Positions 9,526 through 18,792 of a stretch of DNA of 64,000 nucleotides are shown one piece after another. Every line of letters begins with the position of its first letter. The stretch's first letter is position 1. The notes under the pieces were generated by a model. That model saw nothing but the letters and a program-made list of their open reading frames with translations, searched no databases and was not told where the DNA came from. The stretch is from a bacterium. GTDB taxonomy: Bacteria > Patescibacteriota > Minisyncoccia > Phycocordibacterales > UBA9973. The stretch lies in NCBI GenBank assembly GCA_037130335.1, contig JBAXTD010000001.1, positions 25,683 to 89,682 on the forward strand, given 5' to 3'. Made by a program: the position numbers and the translations under genes.

Positions 9526-9652
9526 AGATTAATGTGCATTTTCGAATTAGCGCGTTTGGTATTTCAAAAGAAACCCCAAACGCGGTGATCCGAAAAAAAA
9601 TGGATTGCCGAATTCTTTATTTTCACCGTTCTTTAAAAAATAAATAATCTAT

Positions 9653-11002
9653 ATGAAAAGGGAAAAACCACTAAACGAAAATTATTCGTCCACTTGTGAC
9701 GCCATGATTGAAACTATTGTTAATAAAATGTGCAGGGAAGAATCTCCTCAGTTGGGGGATTGTCCGACATTTCATATTATTGATAATAATTATGAATCAA
9801 ACCCATGGATAGCAGATAGTTACAAACTAACTCCTGCCGATATCAAAATTCTAAATACGGAATTTGGTTTCAAAATGTTCGCAACCCCGCATTTGGGATT
9901 GCATCGTTGTTTTACTTCTTTTGTTTCGCTAATGGGTGGTACGGTTTGTATGTTTACATCAAATCAATCAGAAAAAGATGTTTTGTCTGTCCCAGAATTT
10001 CTTGGTTCAAATGGAATGAGAGTTTCATGTTCTAAGCAAAAAGAGGGCAAAATACTTTCACCGTATCTTGAATTGGATAAAAATGGATTGAAAAATAGTG
10101 CATTGTCGCAAACTATAAAATCCTATTTGGGGTATTCAAGTATTGCTTCACTGCAGTATCATTCAAATCTAAAAGCTTTCGGTGGTACAACAAATATTGT
10201 GCTAGATAATGAAATTATCTCATCAAATTTTGTCGGTACAGTACTAGAGCTTTTGGCAAAGAATCAAAAATTTATTTTACAGGGGACAAACCACATTGAT
10301 TTGTTTGATCGGTATGTTTCGACTGATGGTACGGTTATGCTAGCAAAATCCTATGATTCTTGTGCGTACAAAACATTTTTAGAAATGAAAGATACACACA
10401 AAAGAATGATTGAAAACGATTTATTATTATCTCCAAATGGGTATTTACCGATAAAAGAAGTAATAATTTTTCTTGATTCACTCAGGTGTTATTCATCTCA
10501 GTTTAATGGCTCACAAGCAAACGCCCCTATGGTTGGAAATAGTTTTTCGATCAGTGGTGTCAGTATGATTAATTATCTCAAAGGTGCAACTTCACGTTTG
10601 ATTCTCCAGAGAATGTACGAAGTTGTATATCGTGAATTTGAATGGCTACCTCTACATATGAGGCTCGTAATGATTCCAGGTGGAATGTTTAGTTTTACAC
10701 CATCTTCGGCTGAGCATGATGTATGTAATGCAGTTGATTGTGTGGCTTCTAGCTATTCACAATGGAAACAATTATGTGGAAAAATGAGTAGTGTAAAAGA
10801 GTCTGAAAAATTACTCGCTATAAAAGATATTGAAAAAAGTAAACAGCAATATCTAAATGAGAGAAAAATTTTTAATTCTGTTTTGCAGAAACGCAGAGGT
10901 TTTACCCAATTTGATGTATTGGAAGGGGAGCATGTCCCAGAGAATGTTTTTACATCATTACAGCATTTAAGTTTTGGTGACATAAGAAAATTTCTTGACT
11001 AG
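9653..11002 (+). CDS. Uncharacterised 449-aa protein downstream of the attenuator
   Basis: Long ORF of no recognised family; loose PHLGLH and GKMSSV motifs. Confidence 0.8.
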   Translation: MKREKPLNENYSSTCDAMIETIVNKMCREESPQLGDCPTFHIIDNNYESNPWIADSYKLTPADIKILNTEFGFKMFATPHLGLHRCFTSFVSLMGGTVCMFTSNQSEKDVLSVPEFLGSNGMRVSCSKQKEGKILSPYLELDKNGLKNSALSQTIKSYLGYSSIASLQYHSNLKAFGGTTNIVLDNEIISSNFVGTVLELLAKNQKFILQGTNHIDLFDRYVSTDGTVMLAKSYDSCAYKTFLEMKDTHKRMIENDLLLSPNGYLPIKEVIIFLDSLRCYSSQFNGSQANAPMVGNSFSISGVSMINYLKGATSRLILQRMYEVVYREFEWLPLHMRLVMIPGGMFSFTPSSAEHDVCNAVDCVASSYSQWKQLCGKMSSVKESEKLLAIKDIEKSKQQYLNERKIFNSVLQKRRGFTQFDVLEGEHVPENVFTSLQHLSFGDIRKFLD

Positions 11003-11018
11003 GTAAAAAAGGAAGTGT

Positions 11019-11129
11019 ATGAAAAAGATTAAAAAAATTTTTGAGTGGTTAGTGTCTTTGTTTGGTAATGGAAAATCACACAGTATTGGATTTATGGATT
11101 ATCCTGCATTCAAAGATCATGATTCTTAA
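11019..11129 (+). CDS. Putative 36-aa peptide MKKIKKIFEWLVSLFGNGKSHSIGFMDYPAFKDHDS
   Basis: ATG preceded by aaggaag; lies before the terminator at 11154-11179. Confidence 0.4.
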   Translation: MKKIKKIFEWLVSLFGNGKSHSIGFMDYPAFKDHDS

Positions 11130-11153
11130 GAAAAGTAATGTTTCTAAATTTTT

Positions 11154-11179
11154 AAAGCCCCATTTAATGGGGCTTTTTT
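11154..11179 (+). terminator. Rho-independent terminator
   Basis: aaagcccca-tttaa-tggggcttt plus T-run. Confidence 0.75.
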
Positions 11180-11234
11180 GTATTATTTTTTTCTTTGGTT
11201 TGATTTTTTTGTATCACTGAGTACAATCAATAAG

Positions 11235-12251
11235 ATGAATGAACAAAAACCCTATATTATCGATGGGCACCAAGATATTGCATTTAATTCCATTCATTGT
11301 ACTGGAAAAGATTTCATGAAAAGAAATCGTTTTGACCAATCAACGTTACTTCCAGAACCACAATTAAACCAAAGTGACTATGTTCGATTAATGGAATCGG
11401 GAGTAAAAGTTGTTCAAGGTGTTATTTTTCCATATCATTTTGAAGCAGATCATTCTATCGTTGGCTCAGAAGAGATTGGTTTTATGGAAACAAATCGACA
11501 ATTGGATTTTTATCTCGAACTCGAAAAACGCAGTGAGGGAAAAGTTCGAATACTCAAGAATGCATCTGATCTCGAATATGTATTTGCTCATCAAGATGTG
11601 ATTGGAATAATTATTTTAATCGAGGATGCAATCGGCGTGCGACATGATTTGTCTAATCTGCAGGAATTGTACGACAGAGGGGTGCGTATAATTGGCCCTG
11701 TTTGGAATCGAGACAATCAATTCGCTGGGGGGACAGATACTGATATGGGTTTTACAGAAGCAGGCAAGAAACTTTTGTCAGAAATGGAAAAAATTGGTTT
11801 CGCGTTGGATACTGCACATATGAACGTAAGCGATTTCATGGAATCAGTTCCAAACTTTGGTGGTGTTGTAATTAATTCGCATACCTGTTGCAGTGCCCTC
11901 AATGCTCATCGTAGAAATCTTACCGACGAACAACTTCTAATGCTTGCACAAAAAGATGGTGTTGTGGGTGTTGCATTCGTCACAAAATTTTTAAAAGAGA
12001 AAGCTGAAGAGGCAACAATTTTGGATGTTAAAAATCATATTGATCATATGGTTTCTGTAATGGGTATTGAACATGTTGCGTTCGGTTCTGACTTTGATGG
12101 TGTTTCATGGCCCAATTATATAGAAAAACTTCCAGATGTATCAAAATTATCTGAACTAAGAAGTTTGGTAGGGCAAACATATTCTGTTTCGGACACCTCG
12201 AAAGTTAGCTATGAAAACTGGTTACGAGTTCTCAAGCGTATACTTAAATAA
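11235..12251 (+). CDS. Membrane dipeptidase family peptidase (M19, amidohydrolase fold)
   Basis: IDGHQD, DTAH, NSHT, RNLTDEQL, HVAFGSDFDG. Confidence 0.93.
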   Translation: MNEQKPYIIDGHQDIAFNSIHCTGKDFMKRNRFDQSTLLPEPQLNQSDYVRLMESGVKVVQGVIFPYHFEADHSIVGSEEIGFMETNRQLDFYLELEKRSEGKVRILKNASDLEYVFAHQDVIGIIILIEDAIGVRHDLSNLQELYDRGVRIIGPVWNRDNQFAGGTDTDMGFTEAGKKLLSEMEKIGFALDTAHMNVSDFMESVPNFGGVVINSHTCCSALNAHRRNLTDEQLLMLAQKDGVVGVAFVTKFLKEKAEEATILDVKNHIDHMVSVMGIEHVAFGSDFDGVSWPNYIEKLPDVSKLSELRSLVGQTYSVSDTSKVSYENWLRVLKRILK

Positions 12252-12302
12252 TTTTATTTTGATTTTTATGTGCATAATAAAGCTCCTGTAATTGTATAGG
12301 AT

Positions 12303-12330
12303 TTGACAATTCTCCTCTATTTGCTAGTAT
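12303..12330 (+). promoter_or_regulatory. Promoter restarting the ribosomal operon at rpsS
   Basis: TTGACA -16 nt- TAGTAT with an extended TG. Confidence 0.7.
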
Positions 12331-12370
12331 AGTTCTTGCTAGCTCGTCTCGGGCTATTTTAATTAAATTT

Positions 12371-12715
12371 ATGACACGATCACTCAAAAAAGGACCATAT
12401 GTTGACGAACGCCTTCTCAAAAAGATTGCGGGCAAAGACCCTATAAAAACAGGGATGATAAAGACTTGGGCACGCGCATCTCAAATCTCACCAGAAATGG
12501 TTGGATTTAACTTTGGTGTTCATAACGGAAAGCTTCACATTGAAGTTCTCGTTACAGAAGACATGGTTGGTCACCGATTGGGTGAATTTTCTCCAACTCG
12601 TACATTCCGCAAACACGGAGGAAAGATGCAAAAGGAAATTGAAACAAAACAGAAAGAATCTGAAATCGCAGCTGCTCAAGCCGCAAAAGCTTCAACTGCT
12701 GATAAGAAGAAATAA
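12371..12715 (+). CDS. rpsS: 30S ribosomal protein S19
   Basis: [23 protein letters not shown]. Confidence 0.99.
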   Translation: MTRSLKKGPYVDERLLKKIAGKDPIKTGMIKTWARASQISPEMVGFNFGVHNGKLHIEVLVTEDMVGHRLGEFSPTRTFRKHGGKMQKEIETKQKESEIAAAQAAKASTADKKK

Positions 12716-12732
12716 TATTTTAACCATATCCT

Positions 12733-13107
12733 ATGAAAGCCTATCTCAAAAACTACAGACAAGCTCCTCGTAAAGTCCGCCTCGTTGCGAACCTTATTAA
12801 AGGCAAAACAGTCACTATGGCTGATCTCGAACTCAAGCACCTCGCAAAGCGTGCTGCACTTCCTATGGAAAAGCTTCTTGCTTCTGCTGTTGCGAATGCA
12901 AAGGTTGCAGGAATTGCTGCAGAAAACTTGATTGTAAAGAATGTGAGTGTAGACAAGGGATTGGTTATGAAGCGTATGATGCCACGCGCATTCGGACGTG
13001 GAGCACCAATTCACAAGCATATGAGTCATGTGACACTTACACTTGCTGAATCTGTTGCAAAAGTAAAAAAGGCAAAGAAAATTACTAGTAAGAAAGTAGC
13101 GAAATAA
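12733..13107 (+). CDS. rplV: 50S ribosomal protein L22
   Basis: PRKVRLVANLIKG, PRAFGR. Confidence 0.98.
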   Translation: MKAYLKNYRQAPRKVRLVANLIKGKTVTMADLELKHLAKRAALPMEKLLASAVANAKVAGIAAENLIVKNVSVDKGLVMKRMMPRAFGRGAPIHKHMSHVTLTLAESVAKVKKAKKITSKKVAK

Positions 13108-13110
13108 TAT

Positions 13111-13797
13111 ATGAGTAAAGTAGTACATCCATACGCACATAGACTTGTCATTCTTCGGGATTGGAAATCACGCTGGTTTGCAGCACCAAAGAAGTACAAA
13201 GAGCTCCTCCGAGGGGATGTGCTTATTCGTGAATATCTCGAAAAGCGTCTTCGTGGATTGTATGTTTCTTCTGTTGAATTCGAACGTAGTCCAAAATCAA
13301 CTCGTATCATCATCCGCACATCACGCCCAGGTATGGTTATCGGACGATCAGGTGAAGGTTCTACAAAACTCAAACAAGATGTTGTTAAGTTTATGAAGAA
13401 GCATGATATTGTTTCTCCAGAAGAACTTAAACTTGATGTTGTTGAAATTCAAAACCCAGATGCAGATGCACACATTGTTGCATTCTCTGTTGCCGAAGGT
13501 CTCGAAAAGCGTTTGCCTTTCCGTCGCGTAATGAAACAGACTGTTGAAAAGGTAATTGCAACTCGCGGTGTTGAAGGAGTCCGTATTGTTATCGGAGGAC
13601 GTCTCGGTGGAGCAGAAATCGCTCGTACAGAAGAACAAAAGCGCGGGTCAATTCCACTTCAAACTTTCCGTGCAGACGTAGATTATTCTCGCGAACGCGC
13701 ACATATGACATACGGAGATATCGGAATCAAAGTTTGGATTTACCGAGGAGAAGTGTTTGCTGAAAAACAGGCAACTAATAAACAACCAACGAAGTAA
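13111..13797 (+). CDS. rpsC: 30S ribosomal protein S3
   Basis: RPGMVIGRSG, GRLGGAEIAR, GIKVWIY. Confidence 0.99.
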   Translation: MSKVVHPYAHRLVILRDWKSRWFAAPKKYKELLRGDVLIREYLEKRLRGLYVSSVEFERSPKSTRIIIRTSRPGMVIGRSGEGSTKLKQDVVKFMKKHDIVSPEELKLDVVEIQNPDADAHIVAFSVAEGLEKRLPFRRVMKQTVEKVIATRGVEGVRIVIGGRLGGAEIARTEEQKRGSIPLQTFRADVDYSRERAHMTYGDIGIKVWIYRGEVFAEKQATNKQPTK

Positions 13798-13800
13798 TAT

Positions 13801-14220
13801 ATGTTATTCCCAAAGAAAGTAAAATATAGAAAGTGGCATACAATGCGTAAAGACATGACGTTGGCGAAACCCGACACTCGTGGTACTACACTTGCGTATG
13901 GATCATTTGGTCTCAAGGCTTTGACTGCGGGACGTATCAAATCAAATCAACTCGAAGCTGGACGTAAAGCAATGTCTCGTCAATTGACAAAGACAGCAAA
14001 GGCGTGGATCCGTATTTTTCCAGACCGACCATATACTGCAAAAGCAGCTGAGGTGGGAATGGGAAAGGGTAAAGGAGATCCACAAGGTTTCTGTTTTGAA
14101 ATCCGTCCAGGTCGCCTTATTTACGAAGTCGATGGAATGGATGAAAAGCTTTCACGAGAAGCACTTCGTAAAGCAGGAACAAAACTTCCTGTGAAGACAA
14201 AAATCGTATCACGCGTATAA
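13801..14220 (+). CDS. rplP: 50S ribosomal protein L16
   Basis: MLFPKKVKYRK, MGKGKG. Confidence 0.99.
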   Translation: MLFPKKVKYRKWHTMRKDMTLAKPDTRGTTLAYGSFGLKALTAGRIKSNQLEAGRKAMSRQLTKTAKAWIRIFPDRPYTAKAAEVGMGKGKGDPQGFCFEIRPGRLIYEVDGMDEKLSREALRKAGTKLPVKTKIVSRV

Positions 14221-14237
14221 AAATATAAATAATTGAT

Positions 14238-14429
14238 ATGAAAAAAGAAACCGTAAAATTTAATAACGCAGCTGAAATCGACAAAAAAGTCGCCGAGGTT
14301 CGAGAAAAGATTCGCAAGGCAAATTTTGCAGGAGCAGGAGCTGCCGCAAAAAATGTCAAAGAAATCAAGAATCTCAAAAAGGAAATTGCTCGATTAGAAA
14401 CAGCAAAATCAGCACTCCTTACGAAGTAA
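14238..14429 (+). CDS. rpmC: 50S ribosomal protein L29
   Basis: KKEIARLET; position between rplP and rpsQ. Confidence 0.9.
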   Translation: MKKETVKFNNAAEIDKKVAEVREKIRKANFAGAGAAAKNVKEIKNLKKEIARLETAKSALLTK

Positions 14430-14432
14430 CAT

Positions 14433-14762
14433 ATGCCTACTAAAAAAACAACAACAAAAGAAGCAGAACCAAAAGTCAAAAAGCCTCGTGCTGTAAAAGC
14501 AGAGAAGGTTGTAGTTGAAAAAACTGCAAAGAAAGGCTTTACTTTGACAGGAGTAGTCACAAGTACAAAAATGCAAAAGACTATTGTCGTCAAAGTGACA
14601 AACTTCGTTAAACACCCAAAATACCAAAAATATCTTACACTTACAAAGAAATACAAAGTGCATGATGAAAATGGAGTAGCAAAAATGGGCGATACGGTGC
14701 AAATTGTCGAGACGCGCCCGCTTTCAAAAGATAAGCATTTTACATTAGTTGAGAAAAAATAA
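14433..14762 (+). CDS. rpsQ: 30S ribosomal protein S17
   Basis: [24 protein letters not shown]; Lys-rich N-terminal extension. Confidence 0.98.
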   Translation: MPTKKTTTKEAEPKVKKPRAVKAEKVVVEKTAKKGFTLTGVVTSTKMQKTIVVKVTNFVKHPKYQKYLTLTKKYKVHDENGVAKMGDTVQIVETRPLSKDKHFTLVEKK

Positions 14763-14789
14763 ATCTCATACTAAGGTAACAAAAATTAT

Positions 14790-15167
14790 ATGATTCAACC
14801 ACAAACAATAGTAAAGATCGCAGACAACGCCGGAGGAAAAATCGGCCGCGTATTCAAAGTTCTCGGATCATCCAAGCGCCGTTATGCATGTATTGGAGAT
14901 GTTGTTGTGATTTCAGTTCAAACTGCAGAACCTCGCAAGGGAGTAAAGAAGAAGGCTGTTCACCACGCAGTTGTCGTTCGTCAGCGTGAAGCTATGCGCC
15001 GTAAAGACGGTTCATATATTCGTTTCGATGATAATGCAGTAGTGCTTATTGGATCAGGCAAACAACGCTTTGAACCAATCGCAGGACGTGTGTTCGGACC
15101 AATTCCACGTGAACTTGGAGAACGCGGTTATCAAAAAATTATTTCTCTTGCTCCAGAAGTAATATAG
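14790..15167 (+). CDS. rplN: 50S ribosomal protein L14
   Basis: MIQ..ADNAG, RFDDNAVV, SLAPEVI. Confidence 0.99.
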   Translation: MIQPQTIVKIADNAGGKIGRVFKVLGSSKRRYACIGDVVVISVQTAEPRKGVKKKAVHHAVVVRQREAMRRKDGSYIRFDDNAVVLIGSGKQRFEPIAGRVFGPIPRELGERGYQKIISLAPEVI

Positions 15168-15190
15168 AAAATTTAAATATCGCTAAATAT

Positions 15191-15496
15191 ATGAATATAA
15201 AAAAAGGAGACAATGTAATAATTCTAAAAGGAAAGGACAAAGGCAAGAAAGGAAAAGTTCTTTCTGTGTTTGTAAAAGAAAACCGTGTATTGGTTGAAGG
15301 CCTCAACATGAAAAAGCGTCACATGCGCGCTCGCAAAGGCGGTGAGAAAGGACAAATGATTGATATGGCACACCCAATCGCTCGTGCTTCAGTTTCGCTT
15401 CTTGATCCAAAATCTGGAACTGCAACTCGACTTGGTTCAAAAGTAGTTAATGGCAAAAAGGTTCGTATTGCCAAAAAAAGCGGACAAGAAATTTAA
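15191..15496 (+). CDS. rplX: 50S ribosomal protein L24
   Basis: KOW motif IKKGDNV..GKDKGKKG. Confidence 0.98.
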   Translation: MNIKKGDNVIILKGKDKGKKGKVLSVFVKENRVLVEGLNMKKRHMRARKGGEKGQMIDMAHPIARASVSLLDPKSGTATRLGSKVVNGKKVRIAKKSGQEI

Positions 15497-15554
15497 AAAA
15501 ACAATCAAAGGTACTAGGTGAGATTACGTTCTCGATCTAAATCCTAAAATATTT

Positions 15555-16091
15555 ATGACAGTAAAAGAAAAATCACAAAAATCATACGAAGTTCTCAAGG
15601 ACAAATTTGGCTACAAAAATGTCATGGCTGCACCACGCTTAAAAAAAGTTGTTGTTGCGTCAGGTACAGGTAGTGGAATGAAGCGCGACAATAAGCGTAA
15701 TGAATTGGTAGCTGATCGTCTCACAAAGATCACTGGTCAAAAGACAGCACTTCGTGGAGCAAAGCAATCAATTGCAACATTCAAAATCCGTCAAGGAGAT
15801 CCTGTGGGAGTTTCAGTTACACTTCGTGGACCACGTATGTACGCTTTCCTCGAAAAGTTTTTCAATATCGCAATTCCTCGTACAAAAGACTTCCGTGGAT
15901 ACAACGACAAATCAGTTGATGATATCGGAAACCTCACACTTTCAGTCAAAGAACACACAATCTTCCCAGAAACAGCCGATGAAGATATCAAAGATGTGTT
16001 TGGTCTCGCAGTAACAATCGTTACTTCAGCAAAAACAAAGAAAGAAGGCCAAGCGTTTTTCGACCTCATCGGAGTTCCATTCAAGAAATAA
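15555..16091 (+). CDS. rplE: 50S ribosomal protein L5
   Basis: ITGQK, FKIRQG, VTLRG, IFPE. Confidence 0.99.
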   Translation: MTVKEKSQKSYEVLKDKFGYKNVMAAPRLKKVVVASGTGSGMKRDNKRNELVADRLTKITGQKTALRGAKQSIATFKIRQGDPVGVSVTLRGPRMYAFLEKFFNIAIPRTKDFRGYNDKSVDDIGNLTLSVKEHTIFPETADEDIKDVFGLAVTIVTSAKTKKEGQAFFDLIGVPFKK

Positions 16092-16110
16092 TCACATTGC
16101 ATCACGCACA

Positions 16111-16142
16111 AAAAATTCCCGCTTTAACGCGGGAATTTTTTA
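16111..16142 (+). terminator. Terminator after rplE
   Basis: aaaaattcccgc-tttaac-gcgggaattttt. Confidence 0.8.
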
Positions 16143-16157
16143 TGCTATTGTACCTTT

Positions 16158-16745
16158 ATGCAAAAGCGACACATCATAACTATCTGTGGGGTTTTGGGAA
16201 GTGGTAAATCAACTGCAGCAAAACGGGTTTCTGCTGCACTTGGATATCCCCATTTTTCTGCGGGAGACTTTATGAGAGAAATGGCAAAAGAGCGTGGAAT
16301 TTCTTTGGCAGAACTCGGTCCGCTTGCCGAATCTGATCCAGAAATTGATAAAGAAATTGACCGTCGCCAAAAAAATTATATGGATACACATGATAATTTT
16401 GTCATTGATTCACGACTTGGTTGGTATTTTGCGCCGGATTCGTTTAAGGTTTTTTTATCTCTCGATAATCAAACATCTGCAGAGAGAGTCTTTGCTGATT
16501 TGAATTCAAAAAACTCTGCTCGTTTTGGAGAGACTGTAACTCAAGTTCAATCAATAGAAGATTTAAAAAAGAAACAAGCTGATCGTTTGCGAAGTGAAAA
16601 TGCTCGATATAAAGAATATTATGATATTGATGATATGTTTGATTTAGATCATTTTGATTTAATTATTGATACTAAAATAAATAATCCTGATGCCGTAGAA
16701 AAATTAATTTTAGAAGGATACAAAAAATGGCAGGAAACGAATTAA
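16158..16745 (+). CDS. cmk: Cytidylate kinase, archaeal-type family
   Basis: ITICGVLGSGKST, SAGDFMREMA, IDKEIDRR, DSRLG, RYKEYY..D. Confidence 0.85.
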   Translation: MQKRHIITICGVLGSGKSTAAKRVSAALGYPHFSAGDFMREMAKERGISLAELGPLAESDPEIDKEIDRRQKNYMDTHDNFVIDSRLGWYFAPDSFKVFLSLDNQTSAERVFADLNSKNSARFGETVTQVQSIEDLKKKQADRLRSENARYKEYYDIDDMFDLDHFDLIIDTKINNPDAVEKLILEGYKKWQETN

Positions 16746-17479
16746 AAGATAAATACATTATTTGGAAAAATTTAGGCGAGACTCCGCTTGAGGCGCTTAC
16801 TCGTTTATCCGATGAACTATCAATCCCCAAAGAAATTCCGCTCACGTATGCAGGACGGCTTGATCCGGCGGCTGAGGGATTTCTCATCATTCTCGTCGGT
16901 GATGAATGCAAGAAAAAGGGGGAATATACCAAACTCACCAAAACATACATGGCTGAGATTTTGGTTGGTGTTTCGACCGACACATTTGACTTGCTTGGAA
17001 TTCCAAAACTCGGAACCGAAGGAAAAAATGTTCTCAAAAAAACTCAGGAATATTTGGATGAGCATATTGGGAAATTTATACAAAAATATCCAACGTATTC
17101 TTCAAAGACCGTAGAAGGCACACAGCTTCATACGCTTGCACGAAATGGTACTGACGTGGAATTACCCGAACATGAAGTTGAATTACTTTCATATGATGAT
17201 TTGTCGATTGAAGAAATTTTGAGCGAGGATGTGCTCGTGCGCGTGGGGGAAGTTACGGCGACAGTCACGGGCGATTTCCGCCAGGCGGAAATCGCCCAAT
17301 CGTGGGCCGACGTGCGCCTCCCCGAAAAAATGTATTTACTCGAAGTATCACTCACCGTAGGTAGTGGATTTTATATCCGCCAACTCGCAGAAGATTTGGG
17401 TAAACACCTCGGTACTGGTGCCTGTCTGTATTCACTCATTCGCACGCAAATAGGGGAACACCACAAAGCGGATTTGTAA
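16727..17479 (+). CDS. truB: tRNA pseudouridine-55 synthase, no C-terminal PUA domain
   Basis: AGRLDPAAEG catalytic Asp motif, KTY, TDTFD, GSGFYIRQL. Confidence 0.9.
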   Translation: MAGNELKDKYIIWKNLGETPLEALTRLSDELSIPKEIPLTYAGRLDPAAEGFLIILVGDECKKKGEYTKLTKTYMAEILVGVSTDTFDLLGIPKLGTEGKNVLKKTQEYLDEHIGKFIQKYPTYSSKTVEGTQLHTLARNGTDVELPEHEVELLSYDDLSIEEILSEDVLVRVGEVTATVTGDFRQAEIAQSWADVRLPEKMYLLEVSLTVGSGFYIRQLAEDLGKHLGTGACLYSLIRTQIGEHHKADL

Positions 17480-17483
17480 GTAG

Positions 17484-17630
17484 TTGACTTATATCTTGAA
17501 TCTGCTAGTATAGGACTCGAGGCATACAAATAGCTTGAAGCGTCCGTTTTTCTCCTTTATTCACTTAGCATAGCTAGGGGAACAAAGAACCAAAACGCGA
17601 TACGCGATAGCGAGCCTCGTATTTTAAACT
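17484..17630 (+). promoter_or_regulatory. Promoter and structured leader of the rpsN-secY transcript
   Basis: TTGACT 17484 -16 nt- TAGTAT 17506; nested helices closed by cgaggc (17518) and gcctcg (17614). Confidence 0.6.
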
Positions 17631-17816
17631 ATGGCAAAGACATCAACAAAACATCGCGCAACACGCGTCCCAAAATTTACTAGTCGAGCAAAGAATCGCT
17701 GTTTTAAGTGTGGTCGTGGACGCGGTTTTATGAGAGATTTCGGTTTGTGCCGTATCTGTTTCCGTGAACTCGCAAACGAAGGAATGGTTCCTGGAGTTCG
17801 CAAATCAAGTTGGTAA
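17631..17816 (+). CDS. rpsN: 30S ribosomal protein S14, Zn-binding short type
   Basis: RCFKCGR...[18 protein letters not shown]. Confidence 0.99.
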   Translation: MAKTSTKHRATRVPKFTSRAKNRCFKCGRGRGFMRDFGLCRICFRELANEGMVPGVRKSSW

Positions 17817-17837
17817 TCTAATTTAACCTAAAATATT

Positions 17838-18224
17838 ATGTACCCAGTATCAAACATGTTAAGTGGAATAAAGAACGCAAATCGCGCAGGTCGTGATAGT
17901 GTTATTGTTCCGCACTCAAAACTCTGTTTGGCAATTGCCAAAAAGCTTTCAAAAGAAGGCTACGTTGGAGTTGTTTCAGAAAAGACTCGCAAAGGACGTC
18001 CAGTATTTGAAGTTGCACTTCTCCAAGTAGAAGGACAACCAAAAATCAATGAAATCGTTTGTATCTCAAAGCCATCACGCCGAATGTATTCAAGTATGCA
18101 CGAAATTAAACCTTTCAAAAACGGTCGTGGAGCATATGTATATTCAACACCAAAGGGAATCTTGACTGACAAAGAAGCTCGCAAGGAAAACGTTGGTGGA
18201 GAAATCTTATTCAATATTTGGTAA
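17838..18224 (+). CDS. rpsH: 30S ribosomal protein S8
   Basis: ISKPSRRMY, STPKGI, GGEIL. Confidence 0.98.
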   Translation: MYPVSNMLSGIKNANRAGRDSVIVPHSKLCLAIAKKLSKEGYVGVVSEKTRKGRPVFEVALLQVEGQPKINEIVCISKPSRRMYSSMHEIKPFKNGRGAYVYSTPKGILTDKEARKENVGGEILFNIW

Positions 18225-18238
18225 TATCTATTAAATTT

Positions 18239-18775
18239 ATGTCACGAATCGCAAAACAACCAATTCCAATTCCAGCAAACACCAAAGTAACTTTGGTCGA
18301 CGGTCTTTTGACTGTAACTGGTCCAAAGGGAACACTCACTCGCGCACTCCGCAATGAAGTTGTGGTACTTCTCGATACAGAAACAATCACACTCAAACCT
18401 CGCACAGATACAGATATTTTCTCTCGTGCACTTTGGGGAACATATGCATCACATGTCAAAAACATGCTCGCAGGTGTAAACACTCCATACGTAAAGAAAC
18501 TTATTCTTGAAGGAGTTGGATTCAAAAGTGAAGTTAAAGGTAAAGACCTCAATCTTGCACTTGGATTTTCTCACCCAGTTGTTGTAACAATTCCAGAGGG
18601 AATCACAGTAACAGCAGAAAAGAACGTCATTACATTTACAGGAATCAACAAAGAAGACGTTGGTCAATTTGCTTCAAAAATTCGCGCAATGAAAAAACCA
18701 GAACCATATAAAGGTAAAGGTTTTCGTTACGATGACGAAGTTATTAGACGCAAGCAAGGTAAAAAAGCTGCATAG
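18239..18775 (+). CDS. rplF: 50S ribosomal protein L6
   Basis: MSRIAKQPI, LGFSHP, PEPYKGKG. Confidence 0.99.
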   Translation: MSRIAKQPIPIPANTKVTLVDGLLTVTGPKGTLTRALRNEVVVLLDTETITLKPRTDTDIFSRALWGTYASHVKNMLAGVNTPYVKKLILEGVGFKSEVKGKDLNLALGFSHPVVVTIPEGITVTAEKNVITFTGINKEDVGQFASKIRAMKKPEPYKGKGFRYDDEVIRRKQGKKAA

Positions 18776-18792
18776 TTTTTAGTATACATATT

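Noticed and set aside
15508-15546. S8-binding site at the rplX-rplE junction
   Set aside because: A weak hairpin (taggtgaga/tctcgatcta) exists, but I could not match the S8 core motif, and rpsH is on a separate transcript here.
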